Below the pieces are notes generated by a model that saw only the letters and a list, made by a program, of their open reading frames with translations, was not told where the DNA came from and made no database searches. From IMG/VR virus record IMGVR_UViG_3300027754_000034, positions 186,001 to 250,000 of that record: a DNA stretch of 64,000 bases. One strand, 5' to 3'. Positions 19,066-28,030 of this stretch are shown piece after piece. Positions within the stretch are counted from its first letter, which is position 1, and every line of letters starts with the position of its first letter. The position numbers and the translations under genes are program-made.

Positions 19066-20009
19066 ATCGCAGAATCGGTGGATCCAATATAAAAAAGCAT
19101 GTTTTGATTGATATTAGTAATATCATACATAAGTCTATCTATATACTAAAGAAAGAGAGTAAATCTGGTTTAGGGAATCTATCTTTAAAGGTTTTTAGTT
19201 TAGTGCTTTCTGCTTTGGATAAAATTAGCACATTTGATGATGTTCGAATATTTTTTGACGGTAAGTCCACAAGACGAAATACTTTATATCCAGCGTACAA
19301 GGGGAATAGAGCAAAACCCAAAGAAAATGACACTGTTGGAGAGTTGTTAATATCACATGAGATTTATTATGATATCAATGATGTTTTAAAGTTTCTTTTT
19401 AAAAAGGCTGGTTTTTATTGTTATCATTCAAAAACTGATGAGGCTGACGACTGTATCGGATCTTTTTGTAGGTTATATGATTCAAGCATTAAAATAATCG
19501 TGTCGGATGATAAAGACTTCTTTTTCCTCCTTAAGGATCCTCGAACAGTAATATTCAAGTATTCTTTGTCATCGTATATAGATGCTGATTCATCAAAGAG
19601 TATGTGGGGGAAAAATATACTTCTAAATCCTCAGGATGTCTTATTATTTAAATCTTTGTATGGGGATGCTTCAGATAATATAAAAGGAATTCCAAGATTA
19701 CCGAAATCATTTGTGAACATGCTTAGTGACATCGCTGATGTTGATGACCTTTTTACCAGTCGTAAAATACCTATTGATGTTTCACGAAAGATAAATGAAA
19801 ATAAGGAGTTAGTTGAACTAAATCATAAGATAGTGAGTTTAAATCTATATGTAGATTTAAACGCTTCTGAAGTCTTACCGAATAAGAATATCCCTGAACT
19901 TAGAAATATCCTTAAGGATGATCTTAAGGATGATCTATCTTTAGGAGTTTTATTTAGAAATGAAAGCTTTCACGCCGATTCTCTCCCGGATTGGTATGTG
20001 TCTTTATAA
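19062..20009 (+). CDS. 5'-3' exonuclease/flap endonuclease (PolA N-terminal/T5 D15 family)
   Basis: LIDISN, FDG, LYPAYKGNR, EADD, SDDKDF, GDASDNIKGIP. Confidence 0.9.
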   Translation: MNRRIGGSNIKKHVLIDISNIIHKSIYILKKESKSGLGNLSLKVFSLVLSALDKISTFDDVRIFFDGKSTRRNTLYPAYKGNRAKPKENDTVGELLISHEIYYDINDVLKFLFKKAGFYCYHSKTDEADDCIGSFCRLYDSSIKIIVSDDKDFFFLLKDPRTVIFKYSLSSYIDADSSKSMWGKNILLNPQDVLLFKSLYGDASDNIKGIPRLPKSFVNMLSDIADVDDLFTSRKIPIDVSRKINENKELVELNHKIVSLNLYVDLNASEVLPNKNIPELRNILKDDLKDDLSLGVLFRNESFHADSLPDWYVSL

Positions 20010-20059
20010 ACGAGTTAATTGGTATGGTAGTGAGCATCCTTTTGATGTAGACCAAGACC

Positions 20060-20068
20060 TGATACAAT
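20060..20068 (+). promoter_or_regulatory. Candidate extended -10 promoter
   Basis: TGaTACAAT 33 nt upstream of the sigma-like gene. Confidence 0.35.
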
Positions 20069-20101
20069 AAAGCGAATTACTTATTTCGCTTACGGAGAAA
20101 A

Positions 20102-20917
20102 ATGTCACATATTGTCATTCAGGACCCAAACACTATTTCCATGAGATTTAGTAATAGAAGTGGGTTTAGTCATGGTTATGATAACATTGAAGATTTTATC
20201 GATAGACAATTCGGACCTGAGGCTGAGCAAGACCTTTCTTCTTTGGTGGATGCGGGCCCTAGTTCATTAGACTATGGTCTCTTAGAAAGATACCTTTACA
20301 GAATACCAATTCGAGAGGCAGATTTAATTAGATTATACTATAAAGATAAAATGAAACAAGAACAGATAGCTAAATTATTTAGAATTACACAGGCAGCAGT
20401 AAGTTATAGACTTCACCGAGGTATCAAGAGGATACAATTTTTGCGAACGATACCTGAATTAGAAAAGAAGGATTTTGACATAGAGTTAGCCCCTAAATTT
20501 TCAGAGCAGGATAGGGAAATATTATGGAGAATGTATGAGACTACCTGCCAATCAGAAATTGCCAAGCAAATGAGTCTTACTCAGGGAAGAGTGCGACACC
20601 GGTTTTTTAGGGCTTTGGGAAAGATAAAGGAATTGATAGCTAGTGAGATAAATGAAAATTATATCAGAATGATGATGCTTCAAAAGCACGGTATAAAAGA
20701 AGACTTCGAAAGTGATCCATCGGAAATACTAAAGGAAGCACTAAAGGATTTGGAAAGTGCTGAAACCGATCTTTCAATTGCGGTTCAAGCTTCAAAATAC
20801 GGTAAATATTTTACCGTATTTTATGCCATAAGTGACAAGCATTTCAATATACTTCACGAGGTCTCGCTTCCACAGTTTAAAGACCGTGGAGACGCACAGA
20901 TTTTACCGATAGAATGA
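20102..20917 (+). CDS. Sigma70 region-4-like tandem HTH transcription regulator
   Basis: EADLIRLYY...QEQIAKLFRITQAAVSYRLHRG and a second SEQDREIL...QSEIAKQMSLTQGRVRHR; sits at the replication/structure boundary. Confidence 0.6.
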   Translation: MSHIVIQDPNTISMRFSNRSGFSHGYDNIEDFIDRQFGPEAEQDLSSLVDAGPSSLDYGLLERYLYRIPIREADLIRLYYKDKMKQEQIAKLFRITQAAVSYRLHRGIKRIQFLRTIPELEKKDFDIELAPKFSEQDREILWRMYETTCQSEIAKQMSLTQGRVRHRFFRALGKIKELIASEINENYIRMMMLQKHGIKEDFESDPSEILKEALKDLESAETDLSIAVQASKYGKYFTVFYAISDKHFNILHEVSLPQFKDRGDAQILPIE

Positions 20918-20980
20918 GTCCGCAAATTTAGGTCTCTGATAGAGGGTTTATCAGTGCCTCTTAATAACTGATAAGGTAAT

Positions 20981-21721
20981 GTGGGTACTACCTTTACATC
21001 CTACAGAACGGGAGGAACAGGGGAAATAGTAGATGCTACTATTAACTTGTCATCGGATTCCCCTATTCAAAATCCTACCGTAAGTATATACGGAAACCTC
21101 AATAAGATTTATGGGGATTTAGGGTTAAAGACTAATTACACCTTAGATTATGTTCTCTACATAAAGGGCACGAATCCTCGCCCGAATTTATATGTATATA
21201 CTTTTGTTCTTAGGGCGACTAATAAGAATTCGCCAAGTTCCTCTTATAATGCATTTCGTGGTCCCCCTGGGTCTCCTGGTCCCGAAGGTCCATTTGGTCC
21301 CATCGGTCCTACAGGATCTATTGGTCCACCGGGACCAGCTGGTCCAGGTGGAAATAGTAGATTTCAGGCACAATTAGTACCAGGAATAGCAATTGGAACA
21401 TGTGTTTCTGTAGCCTCAAGTTCTGGAATAAGTATAGTAGTCGATAAAGCAGATATTTTCGATGTGTCTCGAATGCCTTCTGTTGGTATACTTATATCTA
21501 AGTCGAGTGATACTCTGGGGACCATTATATACTCTGGAACGTATACTGTTCTCGGTTTAAGCAAGGGTATTAAATACTTTGTAGGGACCAATGGTGTTTT
21601 AACTGATGTAGCTCCTATTGCTACAGTTTCTTCTGTGTTTGTACAGTCTGTTGGTGTTGCTTTAAGTGATAATTCACTTTTAATCTCAATGCCAAATGAT
21701 TTTGTAGAGAGGGTACCATGA
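20981..21721 (+). CDS. Virion fibre/decoration protein with a short collagen-like segment
   Basis: 10 G-X-Y triplets (21260..21349) followed by a capsid-cement-like beta domain. Confidence 0.6.
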   Translation: MGTTFTSYRTGGTGEIVDATINLSSDSPIQNPTVSIYGNLNKIYGDLGLKTNYTLDYVLYIKGTNPRPNLYVYTFVLRATNKNSPSSSYNAFRGPPGSPGPEGPFGPIGPTGSIGPPGPAGPGGNSRFQAQLVPGIAIGTCVSVASSSGISIVVDKADIFDVSRMPSVGILISKSSDTLGTIIYSGTYTVLGLSKGIKYFVGTNGVLTDVAPIATVSSVFVQSVGVALSDNSLLISMPNDFVERVP

Positions 21722-22191
21722 AAGACGAAGACACTAAGCCATCAGAACCCATTAAACCCAGTAAGTCATTAAAAAAGGCATCTTCAAAGAAGTCTTCCTC
21801 GATTGATTTGTCATCGGAGATAAAAATTCCGAGTTCAATGCCTTTAGAAGAAGAGATGCAAAGGACTAGTGATGGTAATAAGATTTTTAATAAAGATGAT
21901 TTATTAAGATATAGACTTTCAGAAGCTCAATTCCAAAATGCTCAGACTAATCTAGCACTAAAAAATACTGAATTTGAGTCTCAAAAGGCTCAATTCGAGC
22001 TGAAACTTAGAGATTTAATTGAGAATGTGAAGCAAAGTCGCTCACAGTATGAAGAAAAACTTCGGGCTTTGAGCATACTCAGATCAGAACTAGAGGGAAA
22101 GTATTCGATCAATTTTGATTCGATGTCCTTCCATGAACTCACTGGCGTGATTTTCGAGCACGTAAAATCCGCAGATCCCCAAAAGGAATAA
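21718..22191 (+). CDS. Coiled-coil protein (possible fibre chaperone)
   Basis: 157 aa, heptad-rich, between fibre genes. Confidence 0.5.
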   Translation: MKDEDTKPSEPIKPSKSLKKASSKKSSSIDLSSEIKIPSSMPLEEEMQRTSDGNKIFNKDDLLRYRLSEAQFQNAQTNLALKNTEFESQKAQFELKLRDLIENVKQSRSQYEEKLRALSILRSELEGKYSINFDSMSFHELTGVIFEHVKSADPQKE

Positions 22192-22196
22192 AAAAT

Positions 22197-24668
22197 ATGT
22201 CTCTTTCTAGTCTACGTAAGCCCTTAGCTATTTCAGAATCGGGCTACAGTCAAGAATTAAATGATTCTGCCAATATTCAGGTTGGTGGTCTTAGCGCCTC
22301 CACCTTGGAGATTACAGGAAACGTTGATGCAGCTAACCTTCTGGTTAGTGGTTTATCAACTTTGTCAGGAAACGTCGCCGCGTTATCGAATCTTAGCGTC
22401 GCCAGTTCTATTACCGCTGCCAGCGCGACTCTTTCGGGCGCTCTTTCTGCAGCAACCGGTGCATTCTCCGGAAACGTTTCTGTAGGAAACATTTCTTCAG
22501 GCATCATCACTGGTTCTAGTGCCGCTCTTTCGGGCGCTCTTTCTGCAGCAACCGGTAGCATATCTGGGAACGTTTCTGTCGGAAACATTTCCTCTAACAT
22601 CATCACTGGTTCTAGTGCCGCTCTTTCGGGTGCTCTTTCTGCAGCAACCGGTGCATTTTCTGGGAACGTTTCTGTAGGAAACATTTCTTCAGGCATCATC
22701 ACTGGTTCTAGTGCCGCTCTTTCGGGCGCTCTTTCTGCAGCAACCGGTGCATTCTCCGGAAACGTTTCTGTCGGAAACATTTCTTCAGGCATCATCACTG
22801 GTTCTAGTGCCGCTCTTTCGGGTGCTCTTTCTGCAGCATCTGGTAGCTTCTCTGGAACCGTTTCTGCAGGAAACCTTTCCACGACGGGATCTTTAACGTC
22901 TAACGTATTAGCCGTTTCGGGTCAAGTTACTTTATCTGGCAACGTCACCGTTGGTAACCTTTCGACTACTCTGGGTGCCCTCAGTGCCAAGACAATAACT
23001 GCCAGTGCGAATATTTCAGCAGGCAATTTATTAGCCAGTGGTCTGCTGAGTGCAGCAACCGGTAGCTTCTCTGGGAACGTTTCTGTAGGAAACATTTCCT
23101 CAGGCGCGGTTTCCGGCACCAGTGCGTCTTTTACCAGCGCAACTCTTTCGGGTTCGCTTTCTGGTACAACCGGTAGCTTCTCTGGGAACGTTTCTGTAGG
23201 AAACATTTCTTCTAACGTGGTTTCCGGCACCAGTGCGTCTTTTACTAGTGCCGCTCTCTCGGGCGCTCTTACTGCAGAAACTGGTGCATTCTCTGGGAAC
23301 GTTTCTGTAGGAAACATTTCCTCTAACATCATCACTGGTTCTAGTGCCGCTCTTTCGGGCGCTCTTTCTGCAGCAACCGGTAGCTTCTCTGGGAACGTTT
23401 CTGTAGGAAACATTTCCTCTAACGTGATTTCAGGAACTGTAGGTGCTTTCAGCACGAGTGTTACAGTTAATGGCATCGTTGTAGGCACGGACGGTAAGAT
23501 CAGTAATTTGACTGATCCGACAGCAGACCAAGACGCTGCCACCAAAAAGTATGTTGATGGTGTTGCTGCTGGCCTTGACATTAAGCCATCTGTCAAGACC
23601 ATATCTTCCTCTTTAATCACACTGAGCGGTACACAAACGGTAAACGGAGTTGCGTTAACCGCTGGTATGAGAATCCTCGTTGCCGGTCAGGGCGGCGGGG
23701 TAACGACTCCAGATACAGCAAACGGTATATATATCGTTGCAGCTGGTGCTTGGAGTCGTTCATCTGACATGGCAGCGGGTTCAGATGCAGCCGGTGCCTT
23801 TACATTCGTAGAGCAAGGAACACTATACGCAGACGCCGGATGGGTTTGCGTTACTGACACAGCAGTCGTTGGTACCAATGCTCTCCGATTTACCCAATTC
23901 TCGTCAGCAGGCGTCATAGAAGCGGGTGCCGGTCTGTTAAAGACAGGTAACACTATTGATGTTATCGTAGATGATGGTATCAAGATTGACGGTAGCAACA
24001 AGGTTGCAGTAAACCTCGCATCTTCCTCTGGCCTAGAGTTTAGCTCCAAGGCTCTGATTATAAAACTTGCTGATAACTCCCTGCAACTTGGTGCAGGTGG
24101 TTTAAGTGTGAAGCTTAGCGGCTCAACACTCGATGAGACGGCGAGCGGTCTTGAAGTTCTTGGTGTTCCCACTCTGTTCACCGTGGCGGGAACCGCCACT
24201 GCCGCTCATGTTACTGCAGCTAACTTGGGTGTTTATTCAAGTGGTGTTGCATCTGTTGGTGGTGATGCTTCAGCACTTCACTTCCACAACATGGTCGAAT
24301 CTATGGACTTCTCAGCCCATAGTAGTGGATTGACCAAGGGAGATCCTGTCTACGTTTCATCTAGTTTTGAGGCCAAGAAGGCAACAGCGGCTGTAGCAGA
24401 TGGAGACGGCATGGTCTTCGGTGTTGCTGTAGCGAACGTTGCTGGTGGTAACACTTCTAGAGTCATTTGTTCCGGCGTAGCACTTGGAGTGCTTACTGGG
24501 CTGAGCGGAACCGGTGCTGGTTTTAAGGTATATCTTGGCGATTCAGGTGGACTAACCACTAACATTGCCACAATATCGGCAGGAAAGCGCTTAATCCTTA
24601 TGGGTGTGTGCATAAACTCGAACGACTTGTTCGTTCAGGTTCGTGATTACGGTCAGAAGGCTAGCTGA
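22197..24668 (+). CDS. Long fibre protein with tandem repeats
   Basis: Ser/Gly/Ala repeats; DAATKKYVD motif; LSGTQTVNGV...NGIY...WSR head/tail-fibre domain; C-terminal KGDPVYV cement-like domain. Confidence 0.75.
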   Translation: MSLSSLRKPLAISESGYSQELNDSANIQVGGLSASTLEITGNVDAANLLVSGLSTLSGNVAALSNLSVASSITAASATLSGALSAATGAFSGNVSVGNISSGIITGSSAALSGALSAATGSISGNVSVGNISSNIITGSSAALSGALSAATGAFSGNVSVGNISSGIITGSSAALSGALSAATGAFSGNVSVGNISSGIITGSSAALSGALSAASGSFSGTVSAGNLSTTGSLTSNVLAVSGQVTLSGNVTVGNLSTTLGALSAKTITASANISAGNLLASGLLSAATGSFSGNVSVGNISSGAVSGTSASFTSATLSGSLSGTTGSFSGNVSVGNISSNVVSGTSASFTSAALSGALTAETGAFSGNVSVGNISSNIITGSSAALSGALSAATGSFSGNVSVGNISSNVISGTVGAFSTSVTVNGIVVGTDGKISNLTDPTADQDAATKKYVDGVAAGLDIKPSVKTISSSLITLSGTQTVNGVALTAGMRILVAGQGGGVTTPDTANGIYIVAAGAWSRSSDMAAGSDAAGAFTFVEQGTLYADAGWVCVTDTAVVGTNALRFTQFSSAGVIEAGAGLLKTGNTIDVIVDDGIKIDGSNKVAVNLASSSGLEFSSKALIIKLADNSLQLGAGGLSVKLSGSTLDETASGLEVLGVPTLFTVAGTATAAHVTAANLGVYSSGVASVGGDASALHFHNMVESMDFSAHSSGLTKGDPVYVSSSFEAKKATAAVADGDGMVFGVAVANVAGGNTSRVICSGVALGVLTGLSGTGAGFKVYLGDSGGLTTNIATISAGKRLILMGVCINSNDLFVQVRDYGQKAS
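22429..22870 (+). repeat. 96-nt (32-aa) coding tandem repeat, block 1 (~4.5 units)
   Basis: Unit starts at 22429, 22525, 22621, 22717, 22813; near-identical DNA. Confidence 0.95.
23050..23430 (+). repeat. 96/111-nt coding tandem repeat, block 2
   Basis: Anchor points at 23143, 23254 (+111) and 23350 (+96). Confidence 0.9.
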
Positions 24669-24698
24669 TAACGTACTTTATACATAAACCTAGATAAT

Positions 24699-24736
24699 CA
24701 TCGGCCCCATAATCCTTAAGGATTATGGGGCCGATG
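24699..24736. repeat. Perfect 38-bp palindrome (no spacer)
   Basis: catcggccccataatccttaaggattatggggccgatg equals its own reverse complement. Confidence 0.95.
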
Positions 24737-24765
24737 TGTATATGCTTCTTATTAATTGTTCGGTT

Positions 24766-25665
24766 ATGAGTACCGTCATCACGGGGGGTGGTTTTTATTA
24801 CTCCCTTATATCAGTAGGTGGTAAATGGACATGGAAAGTAATCACAAATAATGTGGTGAATTCTGGTCAGTATTATTATGTAGATGATATAAATAGTCCT
24901 TTCGGTCCACTAAGTGTTGTAAATAGCCCGATTCCTGCGGATGTTGTGTCTTCAATGGCAGACTCTCTTAGTGTATTTCAGCAGCAGTTATTACCTAATT
25001 TATATTTAGCTTCAGGAAGTACTTTATCGATAACAGTAACGGAAGGAGACCCCGTTACCGAAGTAGGGTTAATTTCCTTTGTGAATACGGGTGCGTTAGG
25101 GTCATTCTTATCCGTAGGTTGTTCGCCATCAGAGATTTGGACTATCATTAATCCTACAAGTGTTCTGGGGTTAAACAAGAATCAGGCCGGTTCTACGTCT
25201 GTCAAAATAGACCCTTCAGACCTTTTAAGCACGGATTCTCCGTATTCCAGTGTAACTACTCTTTCCAATCTTTCCGTCCCTTTAAACTCTGTGTCGGTTA
25301 CTTTAAATGTAGAGGTTTTACCACGTCCAGAGTTGTCTTTAAGTGTGTCTACTATAGAGTTTACATATAATATTGCAAGCAATACTTCTAGTGGTCCTAT
25401 TGATGTTGATATTACCAATAGTGGTCCGCTAACTTCTATTCTTGAGTGTTATTTGAGTAAAATCCAGAACAGAAGTCCTTGGTTAAGTTTCATCCCCACT
25501 TCCTTAGGTCCCGTAGATAGTGGTGATAGTGAAACTGTTACTTTTACCCTTTCGGTATCGGGTATTACCAAAATATCGGGAACATATACTGAGACTGTAT
25601 CTGTATACTCAAATAACGCTTCAAATTCTCCTGCAATTTTAACTATAGAGCTTATTGTTACATAA
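24766..25665 (+). CDS. Virion protein with Ig-like/BACON-type domains
   Basis: Ser/Thr/Val-rich beta pattern, ITNSG...WLSF.P...VYSNNASNSP; ATG 24766 preferred. Confidence 0.55.
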   Translation: MSTVITGGGFYYSLISVGGKWTWKVITNNVVNSGQYYYVDDINSPFGPLSVVNSPIPADVVSSMADSLSVFQQQLLPNLYLASGSTLSITVTEGDPVTEVGLISFVNTGALGSFLSVGCSPSEIWTIINPTSVLGLNKNQAGSTSVKIDPSDLLSTDSPYSSVTTLSNLSVPLNSVSVTLNVEVLPRPELSLSVSTIEFTYNIASNTSSGPIDVDITNSGPLTSILECYLSKIQNRSPWLSFIPTSLGPVDSGDSETVTFTLSVSGITKISGTYTETVSVYSNNASNSPAILTIELIVT

Positions 25666-25700
25666 TATTAAATTGTTCATTAAATCCTCTATTTTAGAGG

Positions 25701-25967
25701 ATGAGTATGTTAAAAATAGATGATTTCAGCTTTGGATTTTCTTCGTCCATAGATGACTTTTATTCGCCACCTAAGTCGATATCGTTAAATACTAATAGAA
25801 TTAAAATATCTAAATCTGCTGATTTAAGTGGGTTTGTGAGAATAGCTTCGGATAGATTGGTTCGAATTTCTCAAAATGACTTTTGGAAACTAGCCAAAGA
25901 TGAAGATACGGGCGAGTTTTTTATAGAACGTTTAACTGATGATATTGATGGTCCGGTAAAGGGATGA
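25701..25967 (+). CDS. Small putative virion protein
   Basis: 88 aa, RIAS motif, GAGG RBS. Confidence 0.6.
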   Translation: MSMLKIDDFSFGFSSSIDDFYSPPKSISLNTNRIKISKSADLSGFVRIASDRLVRISQNDFWKLAKDEDTGEFFIERLTDDIDGPVKG

Positions 25968-27046
25968 TTATGGATCATAACGAGATCTGCCGCATAGCAT
26001 CTAAGATATCTGCATCCTCAAACGTTAGGACTGCGGGAAAAATAGAATTTATACGAGATCAAGGTCCTCTACGGCGAGATGTTCGGGCGAACGACTTTGA
26101 ATGGTCTTCTGACTCTTTAAAAAATTTAGCCAAAATATTATGGGCTGCGCAAAGAGCTCATAGTTATTCGGTGTCTGCTTTAAGATTATTTTCTAAAATG
26201 CCTTCTAGTCAGTTTAGCCCGGATGGGTTGCTGGGCGGAAGGGGTTATATTCAACCTATTAAGGAATTAAGAAAATCTTTATCTCAGGCTTCAGAGGTTT
26301 TGTCCTCATTTACCGATACCCTTTACGATGAAATCAACGCTAGCCATTGGTCTGATTCAGAGACTGAAGATAGTAAAAATTTACTGAAGAATACTGAAGA
26401 AGTAAAAGATAACCCTGAAGCATTCGTCGAAGAGGAATATGAGGCGGAAGGAGAAACGGATTTTCATGAAACTAGTCCTTCGTCTTTAAATCCGTCGCCA
26501 GAAGATTTTCAGGATGAAATCGAACAACCAGACGAAGAATCTGATGCAGAAGATTCCGGGGGGTTTAGTCAACAAGCTTCGTTTGATCAGTACCCTTCCT
26601 TTTTTAAAAATACGCTTGCAAAGCAAAATGGAAGAGTACTAATGGGTACTAGTTCGTTACCTGTTAGCACTCTTCCTGGTCCCAGAGTGGAACATATCGG
26701 GCCTGGAGAATCAGTATATGGCTGGGTGAATGGTCCCGATGCGGTTCCCTCTGATGATCCCTCCTTAGAGGGATTTATTACTGATCAGCCAATATATGAA
26801 GATGTGTGTGCTGATGGTGTTTCTGGATATGAAAACCCAACAGACGGAGATAATACTTATCTTAAAAAAGCTTCATACTCTTTGTTACCTGGTTCTGAGA
26901 ATTTGAAAATAATGCCTTTTTATGATCGTAATCTGACTAAAGCTGATGTAGAATGGCTTATGGCGAACTCAAGACCAGATGTCCCAAAGTTATCTACAGG
27001 AGAAGTTACAGACAGTGACACATCATGGTTATGGAAGGACATTTGA
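25964..27046 (+). CDS. Putative internal head protein
   Basis: RIASKIS...RTAG leader, acidic linkers. Confidence 0.5.
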   Translation: MIMDHNEICRIASKISASSNVRTAGKIEFIRDQGPLRRDVRANDFEWSSDSLKNLAKILWAAQRAHSYSVSALRLFSKMPSSQFSPDGLLGGRGYIQPIKELRKSLSQASEVLSSFTDTLYDEINASHWSDSETEDSKNLLKNTEEVKDNPEAFVEEEYEAEGETDFHETSPSSLNPSPEDFQDEIEQPDEESDAEDSGGFSQQASFDQYPSFFKNTLAKQNGRVLMGTSSLPVSTLPGPRVEHIGPGESVYGWVNGPDAVPSDDPSLEGFITDQPIYEDVCADGVSGYENPTDGDNTYLKKASYSLLPGSENLKIMPFYDRNLTKADVEWLMANSRPDVPKLSTGEVTDSDTSWLWKDI

Positions 27047-28030
27047 ATGCCTTCTACATTGCCTTCTGAGTCCTGCTTGGATAAGACTGTAGATACTTTC
27101 GGTCTTGGTACTTATGATTACTCTCAATGGGGGTTTGATCATGGCGAGGATAGTAACAAGAAAAAATCAGAAAGAACTCTGCCTGATGATGGGGGACCTT
27201 TGGACCCTTTTGGACCTGATAGACTATTAAGTTATCCTACTATGATTTCCACTTCCCTCGTGCCTGGGGATTCTAGTAGACCGCCTTCCCAAAAAACTCC
27301 CCCTCCTTCATATTTAGACTCGGTAGTCCATTCAGTTTCTCAATCGAAACTTCCTCCGGAAGATCCTACTGTCGCTAGGTCAGATTATTATGATTATATG
27401 ACAACTAGCACCAAAGTAAATTCTTTTGATGACATGTTTTCTAATAGCGGCGATGATACATATACTAGTTCGGATGAAGATTCATTGCCTTCATTGCCTA
27501 AAAATGAGCAGGAATTCGATAACAACTTGCAGTCATTGGGTAACTACTGGTCGGGAATGGTGATTCAAGATCAATCTGGACCAGCAGGTTTTCCATCCAC
27601 TGAATTTGAGGATCCTCAAAGATACCAAAAAACTAATGCCTCGGAGAAAAATATGAAAAGAATGGCTACCGATATAGAATTGGTTAGGGGTTTGACAAAG
27701 TCCTTTCTTAAGGACTTTGGGAAATCAGAGTTAACTAGACGTCACGTAATGGCATTCCTACAGAAGAATAACCGTAATATGTATTTTGCGTCTGATGTAA
27801 TCAGATGCTTAAAATTAGACCATGATATTATAGTAAAGGATGTTTTGGACGAATTTCCAGTAAAGAAAGAAGCATCTACAAGCCGATTATCTTCAATACG
27901 AGACATATTGATTAGTTACGAAGTACCTAATGGGAAAAATCCTGAGGTTGCTTCCGAATGTCGACTAGCTGCTGCTAACATAAGCCATGTGTTGGCTTTA
28001 TTAGAAAGATATGGAGTTAAAAATGTCTGA
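27047..28030 (+). CDS. Putative virion protein
   Basis: Disordered Pro/Asp/Ser N-terminus, helical C-terminus after RMA. Confidence 0.5.
   Translation: MPSTLPSESCLDKTVDTFGLGTYDYSQWGFDHGEDSNKKKSERTLPDDGGPLDPFGPDRLLSYPTMISTSLVPGDSSRPPSQKTPPPSYLDSVVHSVSQSKLPPEDPTVARSDYYDYMTTSTKVNSFDDMFSNSGDDTYTSSDEDSLPSLPKNEQEFDNNLQSLGNYWSGMVIQDQSGPAGFPSTEFEDPQRYQKTNASEKNMKRMATDIELVRGLTKSFLKDFGKSELTRRHVMAFLQKNNRNMYFASDVIRCLKLDHDIIVKDVLDEFPVKKEASTSRLSSIRDILISYEVPNGKNPEVASECRLAAANISHVLALLERYGVKNV

Noticed and set aside
22429-23430. 96-nt repeats as a CRISPR array
   Set aside because: The repeats are contiguous, coding and in frame, with no unique spacers and no cas genes
22277-24613. Long antisense ORFs over the fibre gene (201, 232, 170 and 87 aa)
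   Set aside because: Shadow frames produced by repetitive, biased codons of the sense gene; no independent RBS or motifs
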